NCBI GenBank assembly: GCA_963754945.1
Contig: CAVWIG010000017.1
Coordinates: forward strand, 212,623-276,622
Length of the DNA: 64,000 nt
DNA from: Methanotrichaceae archaeon
GTDB taxonomy: Archaea > Halobacteriota > Methanosarcinia > Methanotrichales > Methanotrichaceae
Direction of reading: 5' to 3'
Shown here: positions 49,563-60,312 of the stretch, piece after piece
How positions within the stretch are numbered: the stretch's first letter is position 1
Layout of the letters: each line of letters opens with the position of its first letter
The notes under the pieces: generated by a model
The model's database searches: none
The model's input: only the letters and a program-made list of their open reading frames with translations
What the model was told of the DNA's origin: nothing
Translations under genes and position numbers: made by a program

Positions 49563-49661
49563 TAAACATCCTCCAGGGTAATATCAATCCCAACACCATC
49601 CAAGCTCGCAGTATATAAACCGATCGCCCAAAACAAAAACAAATCAAGTCTGGTCGAGAGG

Positions 49662-51302
49662 TCAATTTGCCGACCAGACGTAGACATAAATGTAGTTCGA
49701 CCAGTCGTTGCTGAAATAGCTCAAGATGTGCCAGCCGGGCTTATTGCCGCGGAACCAGGTCGAGTACCAGCCTGTTCCCTTGTAACCGAAGTTCTTGGCC
49801 TCCGGATAACAGAAACTACCAGAGGACGTGCAGCCTTGAGTCCACTCAAAGGACCAATAGCATCCAGGCTTGCCGATCTTGGACCACAACGGCAACCACT
49901 CACCGCACTTCACGCTTCCGATTGTGTTGAGTCGACCTTGACTTCCCTGCACGTAGTACTCATTGCACTTGTAGGCCGTCGGCTTCGGAAACACAGTTTT
50001 GAACGTCTGAGCCGAGTAACCGCCCTGAGAAGCATATCCGCTCTGACCAGGATTATATCCATTCTGGCTAGGATTGTATCCGCTCAGACTGGGATTATAT
50101 CCGCTCTGACCTGGATTGTATCCGCTCAGGCTGGGATTATATCCAATCGGACCTGGATTGCCGCTCTGCCCTTGAGAGAATATACTATAGTCCGGAAGCA
50201 TCAGGTTTTCAGCATTGGGATCGGGCGGTGTAGGTGCTCCCGACGGCAAGGCAGCTGAAGATTGGGCCATTGCTGGCATTATAGGGCCGTTTCCGCTTCC
50301 TGCTGTTCCCACGCCACCTGCGCCAGGCCAGACGTAAATGTAGACGTAGTTTGACCAGTCACGGCAATGGAAGCAGAGGATGTGCCAACCAGGCACGTCG
50401 CCGCTAAACCATCCCTTCTTCCAGCCCGGCCAGGTCCAGCCCCACCATCTAACGTAAGGGCTGGTTTGCCCTGGATACCACTCGTAAACGTAGAAGTTGT
50501 CTGATGAGGCGATGTTCGCCCACAGAGGAACATAGCCGCCGTAGCTGCAGCCCGCAACCGACTTGAAGCCAGACGAGGTTTGAACGTAAAACTTGTTCCT
50601 GGAGCTCGTCGATCCCGGATAATACCATGAACCGGAGGTTGAATAACCTGGGGCAGTAGCTGAAACAGCACTCGAAGCCGAGGCAGTGTCTGCAAGCATG
50701 CCGCTAGGTGGATTGTCTGTTACGAAGTTAAGGCTCCCCTGAGGCTCGAAAACTTCTGCCTGAGGCTGGGAGAGCCTCAGATCGTCCGGAGAGAAATGCT
50801 CCTGGTAGGGGCCGGAGAGCTGCGGCGCTGCCGAGGCAAGGCCAGACATCTGGTTTACTGGATTGGATTGTTGGTAGCCAGATGACGGTAGATTAGCTTG
50901 TACAGTCGGATAGCCAGCTTGTGGCGACTGATAATTTTGTCCAGCCACAGAGCCACCTTGATTAAACGGAAGGCTTGTATCCTGGGGTACCCCCATTTGA
51001 GTAGTCTGGGTGTACTGACCGGGAATAGATCCACTCAATGGCTGCTGAAAGCCAGAGGGCTGCAATGAACTATCCTGTGGTGCTGGATACCCGGTACTTC
51101 CAACAAGATTATCTTGAGACTGTAATCCAGGGGTCTGGGATGCCAAACCTCCTTGTTGAGCCGCTCCAGCCGTATAGCTAGATGAAGGCTGAAGGTTGTA
51201 ACCATCAGAAACTCCCACGTCTCCGACCCCACCCAAGGCAGCGTTCGTAAGCGCTAGAAACGCTACCAACAGAGAAAGATAAATTCTCATACCCCACCCC
51301 AA
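49662..51302 (-). CDS. Secreted protein with Q/S/G/P-rich linkers and two Trp-rich repeated domains
   Basis: Signal peptide; duplicated PLW..YEW..GW..GWH(IL)..DWSNY.Y.YVW domain. Confidence 0.85.
   Translation of the reverse strand: MGWGMRIYLSLLVAFLALTNAALGGVGDVGVSDGYNLQPSSSYTAGAAQQGGLASQTPGLQSQDNLVGSTGYPAPQDSSLQPSGFQQPLSGSIPGQYTQTTQMGVPQDTSLPFNQGGSVAGQNYQSPQAGYPTVQANLPSSGYQQSNPVNQMSGLASAAPQLSGPYQEHFSPDDLRLSQPQAEVFEPQGSLNFVTDNPPSGMLADTASASSAVSATAPGYSTSGSWYYPGSTSSRNKFYVQTSSGFKSVAGCSYGGYVPLWANIASSDNFYVYEWYPGQTSPYVRWWGWTWPGWKKGWFSGDVPGWHILCFHCRDWSNYVYIYVWPGAGGVGTAGSGNGPIMPAMAQSSAALPSGAPTPPDPNAENLMLPDYSIFSQGQSGNPGPIGYNPSLSGYNPGQSGYNPSLSGYNPSQNGYNPGQSGYASQGGYSAQTFKTVFPKPTAYKCNEYYVQGSQGRLNTIGSVKCGEWLPLWSKIGKPGCYWSFEWTQGCTSSGSFCYPEAKNFGYKGTGWYSTWFRGNKPGWHILSYFSNDWSNYIYVYVWSAN
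50030..50150 (-). repeat. 21-bp coding tandem repeat, GYNP(S/G)(L/Q)S about 5-6 copies
   Basis: GGATTATATCC/GGATTGTATCC units spaced 21 nt apart. Confidence 0.85.
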
Positions 51303-51561
51303 TACCTATCGACAGGTTGCTACTATATCCACTATATGAAGGCTTCTATTTAAGTTGGCACTTTATCTATTTAATACTTGCTTAAGTGGCTGATATTCGA
51401 GGTGAAATATTCTCGATTTGACACAGCAACTCGATTATATATTCAGGCAAATAGATGGCGATTTGGCTCAACGGTTGCAAAGGGAAAAATGACGCCAATC
51501 AAGACCTCTTAGTTTTTTTTGTGTTTCCGGATTAACTTCGATTTGCTGTTTATGCTTTCCA

Positions 51562-52335
51562 TCACTTAGCCGAGCTTTTTGAGCCCCAGGTAGACCTGAC
51601 CATATCTGCAAGACGTGGATTCTTGAACTGCCCATAGATATCGAGGTCGGTGGTATATCCGATAAACGGGTCAATGGCGCCTTGTTCAAGGTTGGCCACC
51701 CAGATCTGAATCCCAGCCTCCTCAAATGCTGCACCCTTTTCCCGGAAGAACTTCATAAATGGCTCCAGGTTATCCCCGCTTGGAACCAGGATAATGTAGT
51801 CTGCTTCCGGACCCTGTCTGCGATCATCCAGGTTGAGCGAATTTATGCTGGTAAAAAGTTGGCAATCTGCCCTCCTACTCGGAGCCTCGAACACGAAGGT
51901 CCGGGATGAACTTTCAGATATCCTATACCCTGCTTCGGCCATGAATTCTGTGAGGAGATCGATCATGTTCTGACGTAAAACGGTCCTCAACCCGGGTATC
52001 GACTTCTGGAAATTGCAGTAGGCGTTATCGAAGTCCTGCTTTCCGTATTTCTCGGTGTGATTGAAGTGGAATATCTTGCCGTTCAAGAGAGTATAGGTGT
52101 CAAGCCTTGGGAGATCGAAGAAGATTGGGGTGCCGCTCAACAAATTGGCAAATATCCCTGCAGCTACATGCTCGCCGACGAGCCTCTTGAGGTCATCCTC
52201 TTCGGACGGGCTAAACTGTGCCGCTCGCACAAAATCGTAAGTCCTGTTGAGAAGTTCGCATCTGGCAATGATCCTTCGATCCATCAGCAAATTCCTTAAG
52301 GGCGTACCTATCCTTTCGATTGCGGTCATAGTCAC
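51562..52335 (-). CDS. Hypothetical protein
   Basis: 257-aa ORF ending IDPFIGYTTDLDIYGQFKNPRLA; no recognised family. Confidence 0.75.
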   Translation of the reverse strand: MTMTAIERIGTPLRNLLMDRRIIARCELLNRTYDFVRAAQFSPSEEDDLKRLVGEHVAAGIFANLLSGTPIFFDLPRLDTYTLLNGKIFHFNHTEKYGKQDFDNAYCNFQKSIPGLRTVLRQNMIDLLTEFMAEAGYRISESSSRTFVFEAPSRRADCQLFTSINSLNLDDRRQGPEADYIILVPSGDNLEPFMKFFREKGAAFEEAGIQIWVANLEQGAIDPFIGYTTDLDIYGQFKNPRLADMVRSTWGSKSSAK

Positions 52336-52370
52336 TGGTTTCCTGTTTTCTTAGACTGAAAAGCTCATCT

Positions 52371-53655
52371 GAGGGTTTCGATTTAGTGTTGGTTAATGAA
52401 GCCTTAAATTCTTGCGTTAATATTTTCAATCTTTATAGTGGTTTTTTAGCATATTTCACCCCTAAATTGGCTTATTAGATTTCAATTTACCTTGTTGTTT
52501 CTAATTTTTGCGCTTTTTTAGAGAGCTTCCGCTAGGCTGTTTGTTTATGCACTAAATATTTCAACTGTTCCAGGTTGTAAACGACCGAATTCATCATGAA
52601 TTTTACTCCAGCTCTTGCGACAGTTGTTACATAAACATGTGCTCCCTTATGCCCCCGCTTCATAACAGCGAAGCATCTTTCGATGTGCGATCGCGTTTTA
52701 CTGATTCTCTTATTCCTCAGAAGATCTATGATTCCAAGCTTGTGACCTCTTGTAGCTTTTTTCATGGCTGCATCATATCCTCGAGTTTTTGCACCATCAT
52801 ATCCCTTATCGGCGTAACGTGGTAGCCCTTCAATTCCAAGATCTACCTGACTATCGTGTACAGAAGCAGTTGTAGTCTCAAAATATCTGATAAGGTGGTA
52901 ATTGGTATCGATTGAGATATGACCTTTATATCCGAAAAAGGATTTGACACCCTTTTTTGCCCAACTTCCCTCATTTATTGGCTCTTCTTCGAGTCTCTGT
53001 GGTTTGGCCTTGTCATCAATAATATTATTTGAAATACCAATTAGCTCTTTATCAAACTCCTGATTCAGGCTCGTACTGGTGGCTTCGGAATCTTGACCTT
53101 CCTTTTTGTCCCCGCCTTGCTCGTCTTTCTTGTTCCTCTTCCGACCTGGGTCCGAAGTTATGAAGGTTGCATCCTGGATAGTGCCATTCTTTACAGTAAA
53201 CCCCATCTCATCGAGCTGCCTTTGAAGCTCATTCCAAAGATCATCGTATACGTCGCACTTAATCAAACGTTCACGGAATAGCCAAACTGTGCTGAAATCA
53301 GGAATTACTTCAGTGGTGCCAAGGAAAATACGAAAAGAGATCCTATCCGCAACCTGTCGCTCCAGTTCTGGATCTGTTAGACCAAACCAATGCTGAATTA
53401 CGAGAGCTTTCACCATAATCACGATGTCAATGTTCGGACGACCTCCGCGGCTAGTTTTATTTTTGTATATCAATGGTTCCAAAAATCTGAAACGCTCCCA
53501 ATTGATCAACGATCCGATCTCGGATAGATCATCTCCGAGGGCTTTTACTCGAGCATATTCTGCTCGAATGGCAAAATCAATGAGAGTCCTCATGCATTAT
53601 ATTATAGTATTAATAGTATATAAGTATTTCGATTGATTAGTTTTTCGAAACTCTC
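52371..53655 (-). mobile_element. IS5-family (IS5 subgroup) element, intergenic
   Basis: TIR GAGGGTTTCGA / TCGAAACTCTC; TSD ATCT at 52367-52370 and 53656-53659. Confidence 0.85.
52532..53593 (-). CDS. IS5 transposase
   Basis: GGRP, DRISFRIFL, PDFSTVWLFRE, IQDAT, GYKGH, ADKGY and RSHIER motifs. Confidence 0.95.
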   Translation of the reverse strand: MRTLIDFAIRAEYARVKALGDDLSEIGSLINWERFRFLEPLIYKNKTSRGGRPNIDIVIMVKALVIQHWFGLTDPELERQVADRISFRIFLGTTEVIPDFSTVWLFRERLIKCDVYDDLWNELQRQLDEMGFTVKNGTIQDATFITSDPGRKRNKKDEQGGDKKEGQDSEATSTSLNQEFDKELIGISNNIIDDKAKPQRLEEEPINEGSWAKKGVKSFFGYKGHISIDTNYHLIRYFETTTASVHDSQVDLGIEGLPRYADKGYDGAKTRGYDAAMKKATRGHKLGIIDLLRNKRISKTRSHIERCFAVMKRGHKGAHVYVTTVARAGVKFMMNSVVYNLEQLKYLVHKQTA

Positions 53656-53670
53656 ATCTCTGATTGCAGC

Positions 53671-54618
53671 TCAATACAACTTCATACTAGAAAGCTCTGC
53701 TCGGAGTTCGCCCATGGTTGCCGTCCTCTCTGCAAAGGCGTTATGCTGGTGGATGCTCTCCTCATTTATTTGCTTGAGGGTCACAGCCGCATCGTCAGGA
53801 AGGTCACTGAAAGCCTCTACAACCTTCTGGGCCATGGTCCTGACACAATCCTCAACGAACTTCGGGTTGCTGTGGGCTCTAGCCACAACTACAGCCTCGT
53901 CGGGACGCTTCAGTAGCCCGTAAACCTTTGCGCTCATGGACTCTTCTATGATCCTGATGATCCTGTCAATGGAGACACATCGGCGGTCATGTACTTCGAT
54001 GGAGATGCTTCCTCTCCCTCGTTGGTTATGAGTGGCCACAGGGATTCTATCAGCAAATTCTGCTGCTGCTGATTGATCCACGCCCAGTTTGGCCAGCTCG
54101 TTCCTCACCTGCTCTTTCATGATCTCCTGGGCGCACGGACAGGCAGTTGTTCCAACTACCTCTGCTCCTACTGACTTCTTGAGAAAGCCCATAGGGCCCG
54201 CTCCTGCCATGGCCTCGGCGAAGATATCCACGACCTCCTGACAGGTAACCCTGGTGAAGGGAGTCGTCCTGCGGACTACATACTCGCTCTTCATCTTAAC
54301 CTCGGCGTGAGTGGCGTACTCGTGCCTGGACAGAAGCCTTGTAGCTATCTCTCCGCACAGCTCTTCTATCTCATAAACCGGCCTGTTTATGGCTTCCTCC
54401 ACAACCTCGTCTATGACCTCGAAGTTCCTGGACAGGTTGGCGCCTTTGCGGTCGGAGGGAAGATCCACGAATACCTCGAAGTTGGAGATGAGAACGATTG
54501 GCCGGTTGTCTCCTCCACGCTCCACCTTCACCAGTTTCTTAACGCCTGTGACCCCAACCCTTGTCAGGTTTATGGGATACTCAGGGACACAGGCCTGAAT
54601 GTCGGGCAGGTCACTCAA
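53671..54618 (-). CDS. mptA: GTP cyclohydrolase MptA (FolE2 family)
   Basis: [35 protein letters not shown] and ESIHQHNA motifs. Confidence 0.94.
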   Translation of the reverse strand: MSDLPDIQACVPEYPINLTRVGVTGVKKLVKVERGGDNRPIVLISNFEVFVDLPSDRKGANLSRNFEVIDEVVEEAINRPVYEIEELCGEIATRLLSRHEYATHAEVKMKSEYVVRRTTPFTRVTCQEVVDIFAEAMAGAGPMGFLKKSVGAEVVGTTACPCAQEIMKEQVRNELAKLGVDQSAAAEFADRIPVATHNQRGRGSISIEVHDRRCVSIDRIIRIIEESMSAKVYGLLKRPDEAVVVARAHSNPKFVEDCVRTMAQKVVEAFSDLPDDAAVTLKQINEESIHQHNAFAERTATMGELRAELSSMKLY

Positions 54619-54624
54619 ACGACA

Positions 54625-54852
54625 TCACCTGTTACAATGGTCATTTTTCTCAAGGTCCTCGGCAAGCAGTATGAGCCTGTCAACCTCTTCGAGAAGATCG
54701 TCAAGGGTCTCGCTGATCCTTCTGTCGCGCTCGTCAAGACCCTTCAAGATTGCCTCCAGATCGACAGAGGCACTTTTATCACCCAGGCTGAGAATCATCT
54801 CCCGAAGCTTGCTATCGATCTCATCAGAACCCTGCATATGGCTCTTGTTCAT
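54625..54852 (-). CDS. Small hypothetical coiled-coil protein
   Basis: 75-aa ORF immediately upstream of and co-oriented with mptA. Confidence 0.55.
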   Translation of the reverse strand: MNKSHMQGSDEIDSKLREMILSLGDKSASVDLEAILKGLDERDRRISETLDDLLEEVDRLILLAEDLEKNDHCNR

Positions 54853-54942
54853 GGCCGAACATATTTGAGACTTTCCAAGTATGATAGATTCATAGAGTCA
54901 TCTATATCTATTGGCACGTTCCTCTCTCGGAGAGGTGTTGTC

Positions 54943-55626
54943 ATGATCAAGCATTGCTCTCACCATGGATTTTTCAGGGGAGAATGTTGCGAATGCAGCG
55001 CAGCCGGTACATTAGTTCTCGATGAGGCTAAGACAGAGCAACTGGGCAGGCTGGTTGCAGGAGCGCTCAGACATTTCCCCGACGACCTGGGGCTGGCCAT
55101 GGACCCCAGGGGTTGGGTCGATCTTATGGCCCTGAGCGATGTGATTCAGAAGAGACACCACTGGGCTGACAGGAACACGTTGGTGGCCCTCGTAGAGTCC
55201 GATCCAAAAAAGCGGTATGAGATCAACAACGACAAAATAAGAGCGCGTTACGGTCATTCGGTTAACGTCGATCTGGACCATCCGGAGAACACACTTCCTT
55301 ATCTGTACTATGGTGCTAACGAGGAGGAAGCCGATAGAATACTGGAAATAGGGCTGAAGTCAGCATCTCAGCGCTACGTTCATCTTTCCACAACCCCGGA
55401 AAAGGCTTGGCAAGTGGGCACTTTCAGGACGAGTAACCCCAAGGTGATCAAGATAGATTCCGCGGCTGCTAAGGAAAATGGGATTAGGATGATGATAGTA
55501 AACGACGACATCGTGCTTTCAGAACCTATACCTTTCATATTTCTCAGCACATTCCCTTCCAAAGACATACAAAAGAAAGAGATGATTAAGCCGGGTATAT
55601 CAAAACCTAACTCATCTAAATATTAA
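54943..55626 (+). CDS. kptA: RNA 2'-phosphotransferase (Tpt1/KptA)
   Basis: LRHFP, KKRYE, IRARYGHS and VHLST motifs; N-terminal Zn-ribbon; GAGGTG RBS before ATG 54943. Confidence 0.92.
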   Translation: MIKHCSHHGFFRGECCECSAAGTLVLDEAKTEQLGRLVAGALRHFPDDLGLAMDPRGWVDLMALSDVIQKRHHWADRNTLVALVESDPKKRYEINNDKIRARYGHSVNVDLDHPENTLPYLYYGANEEEADRILEIGLKSASQRYVHLSTTPEKAWQVGTFRTSNPKVIKIDSAAAKENGIRMMIVNDDIVLSEPIPFIFLSTFPSKDIQKKEMIKPGISKPNSSKY

Positions 55627-56288
55627 TGTATTTATATATAAAGGTTTGGTTTTAATACTTTATTTTTAATACCTTTATAAAGGAAATATCACCAATCGTA
55701 TCTATGAAATCTTCATATGAGGATTCCTATTTACTTGCTCCTCCAGAGGTTGTTCTCAAAGGTCCGCGCTATTTTCGTTCTCCAGATGTCTAATTTCCTT
55801 GAATTACCCTCTTTTTTCGGTCGATTTTTGACAGCTTCCGCTAAGTCAAATGATTATGGCATTTTTCAATGTACAGAGCTGATAGAGGTGAAAAGCGAAT
55901 GCGGTAACCATCATTTTTATGTGAACCCTTTGGACTGTAGTAACTAACTATCCTATCCGATATCTGCGATAGTCGAGACTTTCTTGTTTTGCATAAAGAC
56001 CTCGAAGCATCCACGTAGTAACAGAATCCATATTATACGATAGTATTGTTAGTATACAAATTCTCCATTACTATGCTTTGGGATAGAGGTTTATAGGAAT
56101 CCTCCTCCTATTGATATTATAAAAATTTAGCAATTGCATTGTGGAGCCAAAGGATCAGCCCGAGGCTGGCGAGGAGGAGCTGGCGCTGATGACGAAGATA
56201 TTGGACAAGATGACGACGGACCTGGGGCGTAAATGTACACAGGTTCAAGGATTTTGTCACAAGGGTCATAACGCCTTCTTATGACAGG

Positions 56289-56555
56289 TTAAATTATAGC
56301 ATGATACGATATAAATAATACAAAGTAGGTTGCCACTGCGATTACTGGTAAGGAAACTAGCTTTAAAACGGCCCACGTTTTCCCAACTAATACCCACCAT
56401 GCAACAATAAGGAGACCTGGCCATACAATCCAGTCAGCGCCGGTCGAATGCAGCGTTGCTTGGAACATCTCAATATATCCTATGATCATTGCCCATATAG
56501 TCATCATCATTAATACTACATGATCAGCTTCCGATTTGGCAATGAATTCAAACAT
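56289..56555 (-). CDS. Small hypothetical membrane protein
   Basis: Three hydrophobic segments; start uncertain. Confidence 0.4.
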   Translation of the reverse strand: MFEFIAKSEADHVVLMMMTIWAMIIGYIEMFQATLHSTGADWIVWPGLLIVAWWVLVGKTWAVLKLVSLPVIAVATYFVLFISYHAII

Positions 56556-57080
56556 CGGATAGAATTTGACATTTAACGTATATATAGATTTGATACATAG
56601 TATATATAAACTTGATAGATGAACGAAAATCGAATAACGGCCACCCTGCACAGCCATCCTCCATCAGCAAGACATGAATCGAATCACCTGAATCCTTCTC
56701 TTAAGTTCAGTGGATTATCGTGGTTAAATCGTCCCTCAGGCCCTCCAGGTTCCTACTGCAGGTCAGTAGAGCATCACAGTCTTCAGCCCATGAACCATTA
56801 ATAGAAAATGGATGACAACTTGTTCTAATGACCTGATGGATAGCGTTTGTGTACATGTATTCATTATGTATCAACATGGTGATGCTTGCAACCAGCCTCG
56901 TTCCCGACGAATTTCTGATGATCTGATCTGTTGGAGCAACGATGTCGTCGTCCTTTTGTTTGTCCTTTTCTTCATCCTTTTGTTCGTCTTTTGGTCGTCT
57001 GGCTTTTGTAGTGGCTGGAACTGCCAAGGTGCTTCTTTGAAACTCGAAGGACAACTATATTAGAATGCAGCATATTAGAG

Positions 57081-57509
57081 ATGCAGCTTAGAGATAGTAG
57101 CCCAGGAGGTTTTCCAGTGACCGGTGAAGATCAAAGGCATCTGAGTGTGCTTCTCGTTGAGGATAACGAAGTTAATCAGAAAATAGTTCAGGCGATGCTC
57201 AAACGTATGGGTTATACGGCTGATTTGGCCGTGAACGGTCTGGAGGGGCTACAAGCCCTGGAAAACAAAAGGTACGATGTTGTACTGATGGACATCCAGA
57301 TGCCGGTGATGGACGGCCTGCAGGCTACGGAGGCCATCCGCGCTCGCTTGCCACCCGCGGAGCAGCCTTATATTATTGCCATCACAGCCTACGCTCATCT
57401 GTACAGTGTTGATATGTGCCTTCATGCAGGTATGAACGATTACATCATCAAGCCCTTCAATTTGGAGGAGCTAAAGAACGCCTTCCATGGAATGAGAGTT
57501 AATTCATAA
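57081..57509 (+). CDS. Stand-alone response-regulator receiver
   Basis: LLVEDN, VLMDIQMPVMDG, AITA and IIKP motifs. Confidence 0.92.
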   Translation: MQLRDSSPGGFPVTGEDQRHLSVLLVEDNEVNQKIVQAMLKRMGYTADLAVNGLEGLQALENKRYDVVLMDIQMPVMDGLQATEAIRARLPPAEQPYIIAITAYAHLYSVDMCLHAGMNDYIIKPFNLEELKNAFHGMRVNS

Positions 57510-57743
57510 TGCATAATACATGCATAATACATAATCGCAAAAGACGACAGAGAGTTTATATTGGAAAGTTATGAGGCCTCAGTTGCAAAGACACGCTCAG
57601 CGCTGTGGCCAGCGTTAATGGCATTGCCCATTCCTGGATAACCTCTCTTCAAGGATTTTTGAATAATAACTGGACACAGATTTTTATATTAACGTATACC
57701 GCCACCAAATGACTTTTTAGAACGCACTTTCAGGAGCTGGATT

Positions 57744-58511
57744 ATGGACAGCAAAGAGATCGTAAAAAGACAGTTCGACACGCAAGCCGAGAACTTCAGC
57801 AACTGGTCGGTCACCAAGAATGAAGCGTACATGCAGGCGTACTTCGAGTTCATCGATCTGCACAAAGTTGACGAGCTGCTGGACGTCGCCTGCGGAACAG
57901 GAGAGTTCTCGGTCTTCTGCGCAAGAAGGATCAAGCGCGTCAACGGAATCGACATCTCGGAGGGGATGATCGATCTGGCGCAAAAGTTAGCCCAAAACAA
58001 TAATCTCGCCAATGTCGCTTTTGAATGCCATGATGTTGAGCGCATCCCTTGCGCCGACAATTCGTTCTCGGTCGTGCAGTGCAGGTCGGCGTTTCACCAC
58101 ATGGAGATCTACCCCACTGTGTTCAAGGAGATGCTGCGGTGCTGCGAGCGCGGTGGACGACTGGCTGTTCAGGACATAATGGCTTATGAGGATCAGAAGG
58201 TCAACTCGTTCTTCGAGGCTCTGGAGAAGGAAGTCGATGTCAGCCACAATGCGACGCTGCACCGAGGGGAGTTCATCGATCTCTTCGACCGAAACCAGGT
58301 TGAGGTGATTCGGTCGTTTATGGTGGAAATAGAGCTGAACTTCCTTGAGTATCTAGGCCATGCGTTTCAATCGGAAGGCAGCATTGAGAAGATCGAAGAT
58401 ATGGTAGAGGAAGGATTGCAGGATGAGGAAATATCACGCTTTCTTTACATGAACGGAGATAATGAGCTGGTCCTCAAGAGGGCTGTGTTCCTGATCCTCG
58501 GTCAGAAATGA
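57744..58511 (+). CDS. Class I SAM-dependent methyltransferase
   Basis: LLDVACGTG, GIDIS and AFHH motifs. Confidence 0.9.
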   Translation: MDSKEIVKRQFDTQAENFSNWSVTKNEAYMQAYFEFIDLHKVDELLDVACGTGEFSVFCARRIKRVNGIDISEGMIDLAQKLAQNNNLANVAFECHDVERIPCADNSFSVVQCRSAFHHMEIYPTVFKEMLRCCERGGRLAVQDIMAYEDQKVNSFFEALEKEVDVSHNATLHRGEFIDLFDRNQVEVIRSFMVEIELNFLEYLGHAFQSEGSIEKIEDMVEEGLQDEEISRFLYMNGDNELVLKRAVFLILGQK

Positions 58512-58577
58512 AAGGAGTAGCTATATAATCATCGAATGGTAACTACAACGACACCAAAAGGGAGAGCGAAGAGTCCG

Positions 58578-60175
58578 ATGAGTGGAACGTTCGATTCGAT
58601 TTTGACGTTTTTCTGAGCTACAGCTCCAAGGATAAAAAGACAGTCCTCGCGCTGGCCGAGCGGTTGAAGAAGGACGGGCTAAGAGTGTGGCTTGATGAGT
58701 GGACAATCAAGCCAGGTGACTTGATCGGCTTAGAGATCCAACATGGGTTGGAAAAATCTCGGACTTTAATTATGTGCATGTCTTCAGCCTATTTTGAATC
58801 CGAATGGGCAAAGCTAGAACACCAGACCCTTCTCTTTCGTGATCCTACTAACAAACAGCGACGGTTTATCCCACTCCTCATCGAGGATTGCACTCGACCG
58901 GACATCATCGCTCAATTCGCTTATATTGACTGGCGAAAGCAGTCTGACGAGAAATATAGCAAGCTCGTCACTGCTTGCCAAGGAAAAGAACCGGAAAAGG
59001 CAAAGTTATCGCAAGAGAAGATGACAGATCAGACGCGTATAGTCATGAACGGTGCTGGATATGTCCGGAGTGCGGCAGCCACGCCTGATAGCAAGGAGAT
59101 TGTATCCGGTTCTTCAACGGTTACGATATCTTCCTCGGCAAATGTTTCCCCCAATGGATGTAAATATTCCACCATTCAAGCAGCAGTAGATGCTGCGAAC
59201 TCTGGGGATACCATAACTGTGGCAGCAGGTGCCTACAAAGAGAGAGTATATATCGACAAGTCGTTGACCATAACGGGGGCTGGAGCGGAAAAGACCATTG
59301 TAGATGGCGGCCAAGTTAGTTCGGTGTTCATTGTGGGTATGAATTACGACAAAATCGACGTGTTTTTATCGGGAATGACTATCAAAGGAGGATTTGGTAC
59401 TTCTGTTTCGGTCGATGACAATGACGCAAATACATACATATGTGGTGGAGGAATTCTCAACTATGGCCGACTTACTGTAACTGACTGCAAAATCTCCAGT
59501 AATAATGCACACTACGGTGGCGGCATTTTCAACAAAGGAACTGTGAACCTAAACAACGGAACATCCGTGACCAAGAACACTGCTTACAATGGTGGTGGCA
59601 TTTACGGAAACAGAGGATTGATCAAACTGAATGGCGGCTCTGTAATTAATAACCGAGCAGAGCAACTCGGTGCCGGTATTTATACTGGCTATAGGGGTAT
59701 TGTAAAAATGTGCAGCGGCACCATTTACGATAACAATGCAGGGAACAATGGGGGAGGAATTTATAGCCAGGGCGGCCCTGTGACCTTGTATGAAGGCAAA
59801 ATTTTCAAGAACGATGCACACACATCAGGTGGCGGCATTTATAGCTACGGTGGCCAAACCAACCTGAGCGGCGGCGCTATCTACAGTAACACAGCGAGGA
59901 ACGGTGCGGGAGTTGAGAACGCCTCTGGAGGCAAGATAACCTTGGAGGGTACTCTAATACATCACAATACTGCTAACAAAAATGGAAACGGTGTCGGCAG
60001 GGGCATTGATAATACCGGAACATTGACCCTAATCAGTGGCTCTATAGAACATAACACTGCACTTACAGATGGTGGGGGTATTATGAATGTTGGTCGGGCC
60101 ACCGTGTCGGGCGACAGTCGACTCGTGCATTATAACACATTGGTTAGCGGAATTCCAGATGATATATCCCCTTAA
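58578..60175 (+). pseudogene. TIR domain + WD40 remnant + pectin-lyase-like beta-helix; frameshifted by a 5-bp duplication
   Basis: FDVFLSYSSKDK lies upstream of the first in-frame start; removing one TTCGA joins ATG 58578 to it. SEWAKLE; TIQAAVDAA; GGGIY repeats. Confidence 0.75.
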
Positions 60176-60312
60176 GCCTAAAAGTCGACCAGATCGCCCC
60201 CCCCCACCAATTGGTCGCTCACAGAGTTGGCGAGTCGCTTAAGGGCCAAAAAGAACGCTGAGCATGTCTCAATGCTTACGGCTTCATCTGACGCCGAATC
60301 TTAATTTAATAC

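Noticed and set aside
50030-50150. Regular repeats as a possible CRISPR array
   Set aside because: In-frame 21-nt coding repeats without unique spacers; no cas genes.
52521-52531. GAGAGCTTCCG as an alternative IS5 end
   Set aside because: The end at 52371 matches the other TIR better and has the ATCT duplication.
54307-54942. ORF-track extension of kptA
   Set aside because: It is antisense to mptA and its upstream gene; the RBS and homology begin at 54943.
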